A stretch of 64,000 bases of DNA from Octopus vulgaris (Eukaryota), in NCBI GenBank assembly GCA_951406725.2, contig OX597815.1, positions 170,748,001 through 170,812,000 on the forward strand. Reading direction: 5' to 3'. Shown in pieces: positions 1 to 12,890 of this stretch. The translations under genes were made by a program, and so were the position numbers. Within the stretch, counting starts at the first letter, position 1, and each line of letters begins with the position of its first letter. The notes under the pieces are model-generated. The model was not told the origin of the DNA and made no database searches. It worked only from the letters and a program-made list of their open reading frames with translations.

Positions 1-83
1 AATTTGGAACCATTCTATAACTTGCACATTTTTCCTGTTGGCACGTTTCACATATACTATCTTTTTACTACCTATCACTAAAG

Positions 84-207
<124 letters not shown>

Positions 208-305
208 CACAGACACATGCACACACACATACATATATATATCATAATTATTCATTTTTCAATAATTTTATCTCGAGTGATGACCAAAAGTCACGCATCA
301 AAACA

Positions 306-311
306 TTATTA

Positions 312-379
<68 letters not shown>
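306..379. repeat. (TTA)n microsatellite; target of the adjacent LINE fragment
   Basis: TTA run abutting the 3' end of a minus-strand RLE-LINE piece. Similar tracts at about 901-980 and 2750-2797. Confidence 0.97.
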
Positions 380-382
<3 letters not shown>

Positions 383-900
383 TAGTTTTATTGTTATAGC
401 GTGATTTCACTTCACTACCGAGCGCAGCTCTGTGTGCCTTGGGTATGTGCTGTGATTTGTTGTGATGCTCTGATGGTTATTGTATGGAAAGTGTTCTGCG
501 TAGGATGTGTGCAGTGCCTAGTAGTGCAATTTTCTGTATGTTATATGTGTTTGTAAGTCCTGGTGTTTTTGTTATGTATTTGTCTGAATATTTTTTTATC
601 ATGCCTAATGCACCTACTATGATAGGAATTGTTTCTGTTTTCAGATTCCACATTCTAGTTACCTCTATTTCCAGGTCTTTGTATTTTGAGAGTTTCTCCA
701 TTTCTTTTAGAGACACGTTGTCATCTGCCGGTATTGATACATCAATTAGAAAGCATTTTTTTCTTCATGATCTCTGACAACTATATTTGGTCTGTTGGCC
801 TTAATTTCTCTATCTGTGTGTATCGGCATATCCCAGAGTATGGTTGCTTTCTCGTTTTCTGTGACCTTTTCTGGTGTGTGCCTATACCATCTTTTTTCTG

Positions 901-902
<2 letters not shown>
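380..902 (-). mobile_element. 5'-truncated R4/Dong-type non-LTR retrotransposon, family A (RLE domain plus 3' UTR)
   Basis: ORFs 746-973 and 477-716 give WYRHTPEKV..ILWD..RPNIVV and KLSKYKDL..IPIIVGALG (restriction-like endonuclease C-terminus, frameshifted). Flanked on both sides by (TAA)n. Its 3' end is nearly identical to 60354-60525. Confidence 0.9.
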
Positions 903-958
<56 letters not shown>

Positions 959-982
959 CATTATTATTATCATTATTATTTA

Positions 983-2630
983 TTGTCTTTGCACAGCTTC
1001 TAGCGCTGGAGATATACTACGGCACTAGTTGTTCACTACCAGTGAACTAAGGTAACACCTCTTATTTTTCGAGCATCATCCGGAGTATTCGAGCGGTTCC
1101 AAGCAGTGCTGTTTTCTGCAAGTGCTCCACCGTTATTGCAGCCCCTATTTATTCTTTGTACATCTCAAGATTTTTACTCCCTGTTCCGAAGGCTCCAACG
1201 ATTATTGGTAATAGTACCATCTTTTTCGGCGAACATAACTGCTTAATATCCCAAACTAACCTGTCATATCTGTTGACTTTTCTTTCTTCTTAATCGTATA
1301 GCTTGTTGTGAGCTGGGCATGCTATATCTATTATCCAGCATCGTTTGCTTTCTTTCTCAATTGACACAATGTCTGGTTTCCTATTCTCTATCTCATGGTC
1401 GCACTGAACCATAAAATCCCATAGGATCTTTGCAACATCATTTTCGATGATGCCTTCGGGTTTATGTTCGTACCATCTTTTTTGCTCTGTCAAGTCCATA
1501 CTAGCTGCAAAGTGTCCAATGGACAATCCCTGCTATACTTGCATGACGTCTCTTATATACCTTCTGGACTAGTGGTGTACATTAGTTGGTAATATGCCAT
1601 AAGTTTTTACCATTTTTTCCATAACTTTTACACTTTCTGATGTGTTTTCTTTCCTGTATTTGATGTAATTGGTTCTCAATGCTTGATCTTGGGCATCACA
1701 GATTAGAGCTTCTGTTTCCGGTTTTAAATCACTTTTAGTCATCCATAGCCGTCTTTTTTCTCTGTCTGTCTTATCTTCAACATCCCTATGAAATTGTCCA
1801 AGCTTTCGTTTCCTTATCAATCTTTTTTCAGTTTCATTAATTCTCATGTCCTTGTACAGTGCTTTATCTTTACAATCTTCAATCCTACACAAACCTGACC
1901 TTCTGATTTCCAATAATAGTGGTTCTGTGGTATTTTTTTTACATACCACGCTATGTTGTTTTCTTCAACTCTAATGTTTGTTCGCATCCAATCAGTCCTC
2001 TTCGTCCTTTTTTCTTGGTACATACAGTATGTCTGTGTCAGTGTTTGGGTGCCGTACACCATGTCTGGTCAGCAACTTCTTGGTCTTTCTGTCTAAGCTG
2101 TTTAGATCGTCTACCACCCATGCGATTACCCCTGCTCCATATCTAAGTAGTGAAACCGCCCAGGTGTTGATAGCTTCAATTGTATTTCGTCGGTTTAATT
2201 TCGACGGAAGGATCGGTCTCATTTTGCGCATGTACTCCACCTTAAACTTTTCTGCCATTTCTTTCTTCATCAACTAATCCATTTCCCAAATCCCCAAGTA
2301 CTTATAGCTCGTCTCTTTTATCTGATTCATAACCTCCCCCGACGGTATCGCCAGCCCGTCTATAAATTTGATTTTGCCGCTCTTCAAGACTAACACACCA
2401 CGCTTTTTCAGTCCTAACTCCATTCTGATATCAGTAGTGAAAGTATACACTGTATCAACGAGGGAACTGACTTGGGATTCATCTTTACCATAAAGTTTGA
2501 GATCATCCATGAATAAAATTGGTTGACTTTTTGTTGGCAGCTTTTGAATACATACCCAGCCTTTGCTTTCCTCAGAATCAGTGTTAGTGGTATCATGCAT
2601 AGTTCTTCTGGAGAACTGTTAAAGACGTGC
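983..2630 (-). mobile_element. Decayed R4/Dong-type LINE, family B (RT C-terminal half to RLE)
   Basis: Frameshifted ORFs: FMDDLKLYGK and YKYLGI (RT), AINTWAV, LKPETEALI..AQDQAL, ILWDF..KPDIV..IIDIACP (RLE). The 3' end abuts (TAA)n. Confidence 0.92.
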
Positions 2631-2750
2631 ATCAGATTGTACAACAAATACACACCACATTGGATGTAAATAATCACATTCGGGAAACATACTTAGGGAA
2701 CAAATGGTATAAGTTTTATCTTGTGTTTATCATACTATTTCTCATCACTA

Positions 2751-2797
<47 letters not shown>

Positions 2798-2798
<1 letters not shown>

Positions 2799-3190
2799 GT
2801 TTTTTCCTTCTTTCTTCAAATTTTCTTCCGTTTTTCGCCGAGTTTTTTCCATATACCTAGGGCAGAGAGGGGCATCGTATGCATTCCCAGATTACACGCG
2901 CAAATTCACAGATAAAACATGTATTTAAAAATTAATAAATAAATAAATTCATGGATGAATGTTATTTTCACAGCGATAGTGCTCTTCTCAGTACATGAGC
3001 CGTTCAAGTTGATACGATTTTTTGCACTTCCTGTAGGGATGGTAAGCCTGGAATCATTTTTAAATAGGTTTCAGTACCTTGTTTTTATCATTCCTAGAGA
3101 TCCTACAATCACTGGTACTGTAGTTGCCTTGAGATGCCACATTTTTTCAATTTCTATTAGCAGGTCTTTATATTTACTAATCTTGTCAAA
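2798..3190 (-). mobile_element. R4/Dong-type LINE 3' fragment related to the 60637-62464 element (family C)
   Basis: Reverse complement encodes KYKDLLIEIEKMWHLK..VPVIVG..PGLPSLQEVQK. Its 3' UTR end (CCCTAGG..CTCGGC..AAATTTGAAG) resembles 62402-62464. It abuts (TAA)n. Confidence 0.88.
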
Positions 3191-3918
3191 CGTTATGTGT
3201 GTTGGGCATGTTTTCGATAATGTCTATAATACTAGCGCTGCTTATATGTCATATTTGAAGTCCTACAAGTGTTACCAGAAGCATATAAAAACACTGCTGG
3301 ATAATCATTCTATGGTCTTAATTGGCCAACATTCACTGTCTAAAAATAGACATATTTTTTAATGTAATTTCGCGTACATGCCTTGGATCAAATGAGTGCT
3401 TGATCAGGGACGACTTGAAGTAAACAAAAGTAACAATAATAATGATGGCAATAACCTACTAACTGCTGGTCAACATATGTTTGATGTTCTATTCATTCTT
3501 CATCATTCAACAAGCAATTCCCGTATGAGATTCATATGTCTCTCATTCCTCGGATTATCGTACCACTTTATCAGAGAGTAAACTGGGTCTTAGTGACCTC
3601 GATTTTATCAACATTGATATATCTCAGTATATATTTTCGTCTTCTACATACTTCCTTTGTGTATTCTAATAACTTCCTCTTTCGTACATTTAAAGGCTTA
3701 AATTAGCAAAATCATAAGAGTATCGATTGAACTGCCTCTCAATATTTGTTCTGATACAAATCATATCGAGGTCAACTTTACATTTCGAGATCGATAAAAA
3801 ATGTATCAAATAGTATTTACGAAACTGTAAGAACATCGGATGTAATTCTTCGCGGTATTTGTTCCGGTTCTTTACCTTCTGAGTTCAAATCCAGTCATAT
3901 CCTATCTGGAAGGTGGGG

Positions 3919-4144
3919 TTAACTCTTTACCATTTATATCATTCTGTCAAAAGTAGCGCTTATTTATTCACATTGTTTTCAATTAATTATGTATTTCCTT
4001 GTAACTCTGAGATTTTGATGAGGTAACTTAATTTCGAGAATGATATTGTAGGGCTGGTGTGAGAGGCCAAATCTGACATGTTTGCAATCTACAACAGGTA
4101 GAATATTTCGGAAAGTTATAGCCTGTTTAAAAAATTAAGGGCCA
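3919..4144. mobile_element. Probable decayed TTAA-type (piggyBac-like) MITE
   Basis: Begins TTAACTCTTTA and ends with a degenerate TAAGGGCCAA. Non-coding, about 225 bp, with imperfect termini. Confidence 0.45.
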
Positions 4145-4667
4145 ATGTATCGTCCCAACACATTAGATACTTTTAGCAGAGTCCACTCTGTTGCAAGTAG
4201 TGCCTTCCCTAATATGTGAAAAATACATCACTGTATGTCTTCTATGAGGATTCTATATATATTATAGATACTGTAATCTCTGATAACCCTTCACGGATAA
4301 TGTGTAAATTAATTTCAAATGTTAAAGAGAAACTAAAATCGCCAAACAGTAATTATACTAAGAAAACATATTATAGTTATAACATAACCATAGACAAACA
4401 CGCATGGCATATTGATATACAGATTCTATTCAAAAGCTTACGAAAATGATACTCGAAATAAGATATAGTGTTTGTCCATCAAAAATAACATATTAATTTA
4501 CATTTCGGCTTTTAGTCAGACATATGTGAAAGTTGCCGCCACTCAAAAAATATTCTTACATACACACAAAATGAATCCAAATCTAATATTCTATGTCCTC
4601 TAAGCAAGCAGTTTTTAAAATCAGCAACTATTTTCCACCTTGACTGAGACCTATGTAATTTCCCCCA

Positions 4668-4983
4668 TTAACCCCTTACCCGGCAGAAACGAATATATGC
4701 GTTTTGACCGAAATCGTTTTTTTCTATCTCTGGCGAGTTAACTCGTCAAAAGATAGACTCGCCAAAATCGACAGCAAACGAGTTCCTGCGTCTAAAAACG
4801 GGTTAACTCGTTTCTGCCCAAAGCGGTAATTTAAAATCAATATTATTGAATTAAAATTCATAATAAATAAGGTTTGAAATATACCTCGAAATCACCATTC
4901 AAAACATAGTAAAATAAAACAATTTAAAAATATGTCTGAAAAAATACATTTATTTTCAAAGTAATTGTTGGGTAAGGGGTTAA
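4668..4983. mobile_element. piggyBac-like MITE with TTAA target duplication
   Basis: TTAA-CCCCTTACCC (4668-4681) and GGGTAAGGGG-TTAA (4970-4983). Internal inverted pair GGCAGAAACGA (4682) / TCGTTTCTGCC (4808). Confidence 0.8.
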
Positions 4984-5597
4984 TGAGATAACAAAATAGC
5001 GTTGGCAACGATAAATTTTTTCTTTGTACACCAAAGTATACGAAAAGTTCAAAATGCTTAAAACCAGCTTTGATTTATCAAGCATAGCAATTTGATGGAG
5101 TCTATTCAATCCACACATACCCAGCCCCCACCAGGACAGATGCCTACCACTTCTCTTATTTTAAGAGCACTGCTCTAGTCCATTGACACATTTTTTCTCT
5201 GTAAGGAATCATATTTCTCTCCATGTCTCGAAAACTTGTTTTTCATTATTCTTCGCATCTTAATGGATTTGAGAAATGCTTAAATGTCACAATTCCAAGT
5301 TAATTCGTGTCTTTTTGCCAAATGAATAATAGTTTTAATTATGTAAAGAAGTAAATGACGATAAATTATCACGAAAAAGATATTCTTTTAAAATAATGTT
5401 AGAGATAATTTATGTTGTCAGTATACTGGCATGTAATGCACACATGGTTTATCTGTCGCACTCTTTTTGTTTCACTTTTCTTCCCTAATGCTTTTGTAAA
5501 GAGGTTCTGGAACCGAAATATCAGGACTAATTAAATATTTCTATGGTAAATTTGCAATATCTTCGATATTGCTAATTTTGATGTTCGATGTTCTTAT

Positions 5598-5792
5598 TTC
5601 TTTATTGCCCACAAGGGGCTAAACATACAGGGGACAAACAAGGACAGGCAAAGGGATTAAGTCAATTACATCAACCCTAGTGCGTAACTGGTATTGTATT
5701 TATCGACCCCGAAAGGATAAAAGGCACAGTCGACCTCGGCGGAATTTGAACTCAGAACTTCGCCCGGTGCGCTAACGTTTCTGCCAACTCGC
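5598..5792 (-). mobile_element. SINE family A (tRNA-derived, Octopus-type)
   Basis: Reverse complement of the recurrent GAGTTCAAATTCCGCCGAGGTCGAC..CCTTTCGGGGTCGATAAA..GTACCAGT motif. Confidence 0.85.
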
Positions 5793-7022
5793 TGTTCTGT
5801 CTGCGTGTCTCTCGCCTTCTGTAACACACTGGTTACGTATTTCGCAAAACTTCTAATAAGCTACAATATTCTAATGTTAGTTCCATTTGAAGATAAAAGT
5901 TAAGTCACGACGCTCACGCTTTTTGTAAATGTATTAGTAGCTTCAGTAAAGTAAAAGTAAAATCAAAACAGATGCATATATTTTGCTTAATGCATTTATT
6001 ATAAGGTAAGTAATATACATGCATTAATATGCTTTCTTTAGTAACCGACCATAGCAAATCAATATTCCATTTACGAGCATATATTAAAAGAGTGTACTAA
6101 AACAGAGTATTGGATACTTCATAAACTGAATTGTACCGCATAACTTCTAAATTCATTCACAATATATAAAGAACATAGTTTGTTATTAGTTACTTTGTTC
6201 AACGATCTTTATTCATGTTTCAGACTCTTTTAAAATGGAAGACAGGAAAATGGATTGAATTAATACTGTCACTACTGACTTTGAATTATTGCAAGTTATA
6301 CGTTGAGAAGAGCATATTATGTAAACGGTAGCTCTTAGTTGAATGATGTTAAGTATTAAGTACAATATTTCCGAATTGAGAAAGCATGTTATATGTAATC
6401 AAAAAGATAAACGAAAGTGTACCCAATGGCTTTATGTATAGATGTATTATCCTGATATTTAGTGAAAAGATAGCGTTGTATTAAGAGTAGAATAGACAGA
6501 AGGTGGTTTTAAAATGTTGATGAGCTTCAACTCACCGGTAAATAATGTGACCTTATATGTATGCCAGATCTACATACAGAATGTAACAAAAGAACTACAT
6601 GAGATAATATAGTGTCGGACGTACAGAGGCATTTATTCAAGTACAGCATTAGCTACATCTAAAAAAGAAACATGTCCTTTGTGAGACTTTTGGCTTCGTG
6701 CAATATACGACGTTGCTATGGAAAGCATACATATTTGATAAAAGAGTTTGATTCTGATAGAACAAAAAATACGTCAATGCTTTACTGAATACCGGAAAAA
6801 AAATCAAAGTTCATATTAATATTCGTCCTCAATGCTATAAGTTACCATACATTTAGATAAATAATAACTGCGAATTAGAATATAATAGTAGGTTCAAAGA
6901 TAACTTCTTAATACAAAATAATCATATTCAAACACACACACACACAGAGGCATATACACACACACACACACACATACACACACACTGTCACACACACACA
7001 CGCAATTGAAAAAGTTGTCTGC

Positions 7023-7373
7023 AAGGAGTACGGTTGGACATTTATATTTTAATCACTACAGTTGTTTCCAGCCAACGTAGTTCTCCCGTCGTGCAGTTAT
7101 TTGATTATGCAAACGTTTCTCGGGTTCGAGAACATCCTCTCTGTTTGTCGTAGCCCGAATTTAGTAGAATCAGGCTGCGACAGACACAGAGGGTGGTCTT
7201 GAAATCGAGAATTTGAACTTACGGTGACAATATTTATATATTGCCTGAGAAAACACAACTAGATAACATGATACAGGGAAATGGTTACATAATCAAGTAC
7301 CTGCACGCCTGAAAAACTATGCTGCGTGCAAACAATTGTAGTGACTAAAGAATAAATGTCCAACCGTACTCTT
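7023..7373. repeat. Foldback (nested inverted repeat) element
   Basis: About 97-nt arms, 7023-7119 vs 7278-7373 (e.g. GAGTACGGTTGGACATTTAT / ATAAATGTCCAACCGTACTC), enclosing a second hairpin at about 7119-7209. Confidence 0.85.
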
Positions 7374-8237
7374 TCTTCTTCACTCCATTTTTTTCTATTA
7401 TCTAGTCACACACGACAGATGCCCAAATGCAAACCTGAAAGTCCGTGTAATACTATTAATGAATAGCAGATGGTGAAATCTGAATGTGGACGGACTTTAT
7501 ACTGTACTCTACTACGTTCTTAACAGAATATACCGTAACTATATATATATATATATGTTGGTATGTTTATGTTCTCATAACTTGGCGATTAGGCAATAAG
7601 GACGATAAAATAAGCTCTGGGTAAAACAAATTAAGTACAGGGGTCAATTTGTTGGACTCAAATTCTTCAACGCAGTGCCCCAGCATGGCCGCAGTCTAAT
7701 GACTGAAACAAGCAAAGGGTAAAAGATAAATGTATATCAATTCATGCGATTCCCGATTTCGTTCTAGGGAATAGAGGATTAACTTTTTCAACCTCTTCAG
7801 TAGCTGACCTTTCGTATTGACATGATCTTTGTGATGCTTCGCTGAATTACTTCGAGTTCCGCTATTAATATCATAAGGTGTAGTGATCGTAGTTTGGTGT
7901 ATTAGTCTATGCAGCTGAGGACAAATGTCCTACAGAGGACCATCATTGTTTCCTGTTCTCTCGTTCTGAAAGTTTTAAGGATCCATCCGGCTACGCGCCT
8001 GCATTTTATTGGGAGCTTAGTAATATGTACCTGGAACGAGGTATTATTACGCATTTGATGGTAGCACAGAACCTGTAGTTTTCGATCATTGAACTACCTG
8101 TTATTGTCAGCCCACACATACATACATACATACATACATAGAGAGAGATAAAGAGGAAAACGAAAGAGAGTGGGCGAGTCAGATAAATACATATAAAGGT
8201 AGATATACATACACACACACATACACAAACAGCCAAA

Positions 8238-8302
<65 letters not shown>

Positions 8303-8972
8303 CATCGCTTTACATATTTAATGACGTGTGTCAAAATAGTAGTGACTTTGATATTGTAATCATGAAGGTTTTCATAGGAACAGATTTGCATTAGAGACGT
8401 GTAAGCAAATCTTAATCTGAAATAAATTAGGTACGAAATCATGTTTACTTCTCTGTATTAAATGAGAATCGTTGTGGAATTCTGCAATAATAATCAGATT
8501 TCACTTTCTTCGTTAACGTTATTATTTCATACTTCACATATATGTTCACACTTGAAGATAAACGTTTCAATTTATATCAGATTAAGTGATTATAATTATG
8601 CTTTTAATCAATCGTCAGAGCTTCAGTTAATGATATTCTTGTAATATCTTCTCTTGTCTTTCTGATTGTGGGTGTCTGTGTGCGTGTTTGCGTTTGTGTC
8701 TGTGTGTGCATGTGTGCTTTTTTTCGTTTCCAGAGGAAAATAAAAACCATGCATTATATGTATGTGTAGAGAGATAAGTGTTTGTTTGTGGGGATTTGAT
8801 TCAATGTGTAGCGTGTGAGTACTACGACACACACCGGAGATTTATTACATGCCATACTTGTGTATATAAATATTTGCATACGAAATTTGTATACCATTTG
8901 TATTTCATTTGGTTTTGTTAACTCGGACATATAGTCAAAACCTCTCTCTCACTCACTGTTTCTGTCTATCTA

Positions 8973-9048
<76 letters not shown>

Positions 9049-9175
9049 CCTGACCATCAGATACACGAAAACACATATACACGCATGTATGTGCATGTAA
9101 GTATATATACATGCATATATCCATACATACACAGACATATGTATGTATATATACATATACATATATGTATATATA

Positions 9176-9335
9176 CGACTGATTTCTTCAAGTTTCCGTC
9201 AACCAAATCAACTCAGAATACTTTGGACGGCCCAAGGCCATAGTAGAATATATTTGCCCAATGTCACAGTCGTTGAGACACTGAACCCAGAACTATGTGC
9301 TTGAGAAGCAAGCTTCTTACCATACAGCTATGCCG
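9176..9335 (-). mobile_element. SINE family B (decayed)
   Basis: Reverse complement of the GTGGTAAG..CTTGGGCAA..GGATTTGGTAGACGGAAACTGAAAGAA family. Confidence 0.75.
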
Positions 9336-10084
9336 TTATATTGAATTTAATTTAAAACATTATTGAGAAACAGTCATGATATAAACCTCCCACGGAAATT
9401 TTAATTACATGCGTTAAAATATAGCCGGAAAAGTAATTAGAAAGGAAATTAAACATCATTAATTACAGTGAGCTTGCATTTTGATATATAAGAATGAAGA
9501 CATCGAATTCATGGAGATTTCGTAATGATATTATAGTTTCGGACCAAATTCTACCAGAGGTGTTATTAGTCCCAAAATTAACGTTCGCAAACTGATTTTC
9601 TTATTAGTTGCCAAGAAAGAAAATTTTCAATATAAAGTGTCTTTGGGTATTGGTTTCGTAACATCGTTATTTATATTATTAATTCCATTTTAAAATTTCT
9701 GTGTGAAAATTAATTTTCGTTGATTTACAAATGTCGAGCATATTCAGTTTATTTTATTTTATGCTTTTACTTCCCTGTCATTTGTTGATTCTTTTTAAAC
9801 AATGTAAACGAAAATGAAAACATTTTGGAATGAAGATGTCTCCAAACAATAACGTGTGACGATTGCTGTATGATCTGAACGAAAGGAGTGTGAGTGAATT
9901 CACTGGCGTTTATGTATATATGTATTTATGTGTGTACTGATAGATGCATACACACACAAACAGACAAACACGCACACACACACATGCGCACACACACATA
10001 TCACATACCTATTATAATTCTTCGCAGGATCCAGTAGACAGGGACATAGACATTATAGACAAACAGACAAACGGATACACATAC

Positions 10085-10108
10085 ATACAGACAGACAGAC
10101 AGACAGAC

Positions 10109-10139
<31 letters not shown>

Positions 10140-10158
10140 TAGATAGATAGATAGATAT

Positions 10159-10230
<72 letters not shown>
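10085..10230. repeat. (CAGA)n/(GATA)n compound microsatellite
   Basis: Tetranucleotide runs. Similar tracts at 8960-9047, 39455-39725 and 45085-45165. Confidence 0.97.
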
Positions 10231-10261
10231 GCACATACATATATGCATATATACATGCATG

Positions 10262-11271
10262 TAACCTGGAATCAGAAACATGGCAATCAGAATTCTCCTC
10301 TCACAAGACAATATCCCACAATACATTTGCAGCACCATTGATGATTTCAACATTTGGGATACTTAACTGGTCTGTAATGGAAATTAAAACCAACTAGAAA
10401 TTTCCAGAGAAATAGTGATTTCGACAGTCCCTACGAAAGTACTGATGAAAGAGGTAGTGGCATGAGATCTGTCCAGACAGTCTTCGAATATAGTATAGTC
10501 TCTATCTGAGACAGCATTCCATTAACAACATCAGCAAAAATAAACACATAAACTTAGTGCTGAAAAATGAAAAGTACAATGTCCTACATGATGGCCGGGA
10601 GCTCGTCAGGAAGCACTCTCTTTCTGATATCCTCTCAAAACAGCCGAACTAAAATACCTCAAAGAAGACCTAGATGGGAATCGCTCAGCATATCAAAAAC
10701 ACTTTGCATGTGCATGTTTGCCGAAGATTTGAAGAAGACAGTAATAACGAAGATGGAGAGGAGTCTCTCTTGCATTTACAAACCGAGGATAGGAGATTGA
10801 TACGAAACATCCAACAAACAAAAGACTGTGTAGCCTTTGGAAATCCAAGATGCGACAGAAAATGCTAATTATGCTAATTGTGTCATATTTCTGCAGAAGA
10901 TATCACGCATGTGATGAACAGCTGCCCAAATATATCAAGGAGCCTTCCTTATGCGATATGACGTTGTTACAAAAGTAATATACAATGCCATTCGGAAAAG
11001 ACTGTTCCAGAAAAGGTACAGAGAAGCCCTCCCCCCATGCGATTTGAATACATACATGAACATCAGCACAAATAATACTGCTGGAGCATTCTCATCAAAG
11101 TGTAAACATGACGGGTTGGATAGTGTTGTTTGGGACAGTGAAGTAGTATGTACCGCCACAGAGGTCAGCCGTGCTGCTGCTGTGAATATTTCTTTGAAAA
11201 TCAAAGGGGAAGAATATAACTATGGACAACTGCTTCGAAACCTTCAGCTTCTATATCCATCCAGGTTATAA
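10262..11271 (+). mobile_element. Heavily decayed RLE-type non-LTR retrotransposon fragment
   Basis: G.GMRSVQTVFE (about 10452), LCHISAEDITHVMNSCP (CCHC knuckle), RYDVV, and D.VVWD..EVS..YGQLLRNL (RLE-like) in ORF 10951-11271. Confidence 0.75.
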
Positions 11272-12715
11272 TTTTTTTTAGCTATTCGCTATCACTCTTT
11301 AATTTATTTCATTTTATTTTGGGAAAGTAACACATAACCTTATTCAATTAATGAACGCCCCTGCATCAATGGTTCTATCCTCATATATTCAACTAAATTT
11401 TACGCTAAAATCATTTTTAGGTCCTATAATTTTCTAGAAGATGATTTAATTAGTGAGTCTTGAAGATGAAATATTTGCATCGAGGAATAGACCGATTAGA
11501 CATATACAATGCACAAGTGCTTTTAAATTCATCTACACTTTGTGATAGTATTATACACTACAAGTTATCAAACATACCATCGCACATCTGCAATCTACTC
11601 ATAGACATAGTTCTAGTGCATTAATAAATTATTGCCATGAAAGCAATGATAGTATAAGTTACCCACGGTAAAAAAAAATGATGAATATAAATGCGTATGT
11701 TCTTGATTTAAATGGTAAAAATGACTTCTCGGTTTAAATTTTAAATACTTGCATTATTTTTCTTATTTACATGTTATTTAAATGAACAGGAACATCTATC
11801 TCAATTGTATCACAATCCTTTCTCAATTAGGCCGTTATCATATGTAGAGTGATGACCTACCAGTCGAAATATTTACGCTTTCATACATAACACTCTATAT
11901 AATAAACAAAAATTGATTAAAAAACTTACATGACCAACTACTATAAACAAAACCTTTTATAAGTTTCCAAAGAAAGAATATGTTATGAGACTGAAATATC
12001 GGTAAATAATTTCAAATGCAAGAAATATGCAAATATGATTACAAAAATAATTAGGAAGTCGCGAAGACGGTCGAATTATACGAAAACAAGATATTTTCAT
12101 TCTAACACAAACGGGAAAATGAAATATTGCTTTTTACACTTGAAAGACTAGTAATTGTATAAATAAAGTAGTATAGAAAACATGCACGAGATGAATTTAA
12201 GTTTATTTCTATAGAGAACTCGTTGTAATGTGTTCATTGTATACATACAAATATTTATTTACTGAATATAATGATTTTGTTGCGCCATTAGAATTTATTG
12301 ACAGAAATCTATTGAAACATGGGTTAATTTGTAGATGTTTGTTTTCACCATTCAATAGCTATTCCATTTATCTATACTAAGTTAAGAAAACTAAACTCGT
12401 GTAAATTCAATGAGTTGATCGGAAAAGTATGTAAAGCAAAAAATAAAAATTAATATAAAAGAAATTGAAATTGCACCGGATACAACTGAAGGATGAGGAA
12501 ATAGAGAACTGGAATGGATAAAAAAATACATGCACACATACGCAAAAGAACGAAATTAAATATTTTATAATTCATCTCAAACTAGGCTGTAATGGTCTTC
12601 TTTTTATCCATGTAATGCTTGAAAATGTAATGTTTAACACTTCAATGGCTTTAAGTTTGCAGAGTCTAAATTAATGTGTACATGAAATTGCATGAATCCA
12701 CTTCTTAACACCTTG

Positions 12716-12890
12716 GTCGTCGTCGTTGGAAATTTCCTAGAGCCAAGGATGAGTGTCCCTCGGATTTAAATTTGCAGATCTGCTCATGACTGTAAAAGCC
12801 AATGCAAGAGCCTTAAGTCCTAGACTCGTTGGAGATGAGGCGCTGCGTTGGTCCTTTTGCGCTTCTCTTTATACTCATGCGTATCGTTTA
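12716..12890 (-). mobile_element. RTE-clade LINE 3' end remnant
   Basis: Minus strand reads SCIGFYSHEQIC, resembling the terminal SRIGL.SH..C motif of RTE elements. A short (ACG)n-like tail lies at about 12717. Confidence 0.5.

Noticed and set aside
7745-7806. Minus-strand CTGAAGA..GAAA hammerhead candidate
   Set aside because: Stems I-III do not pair convincingly and there is no UH site.
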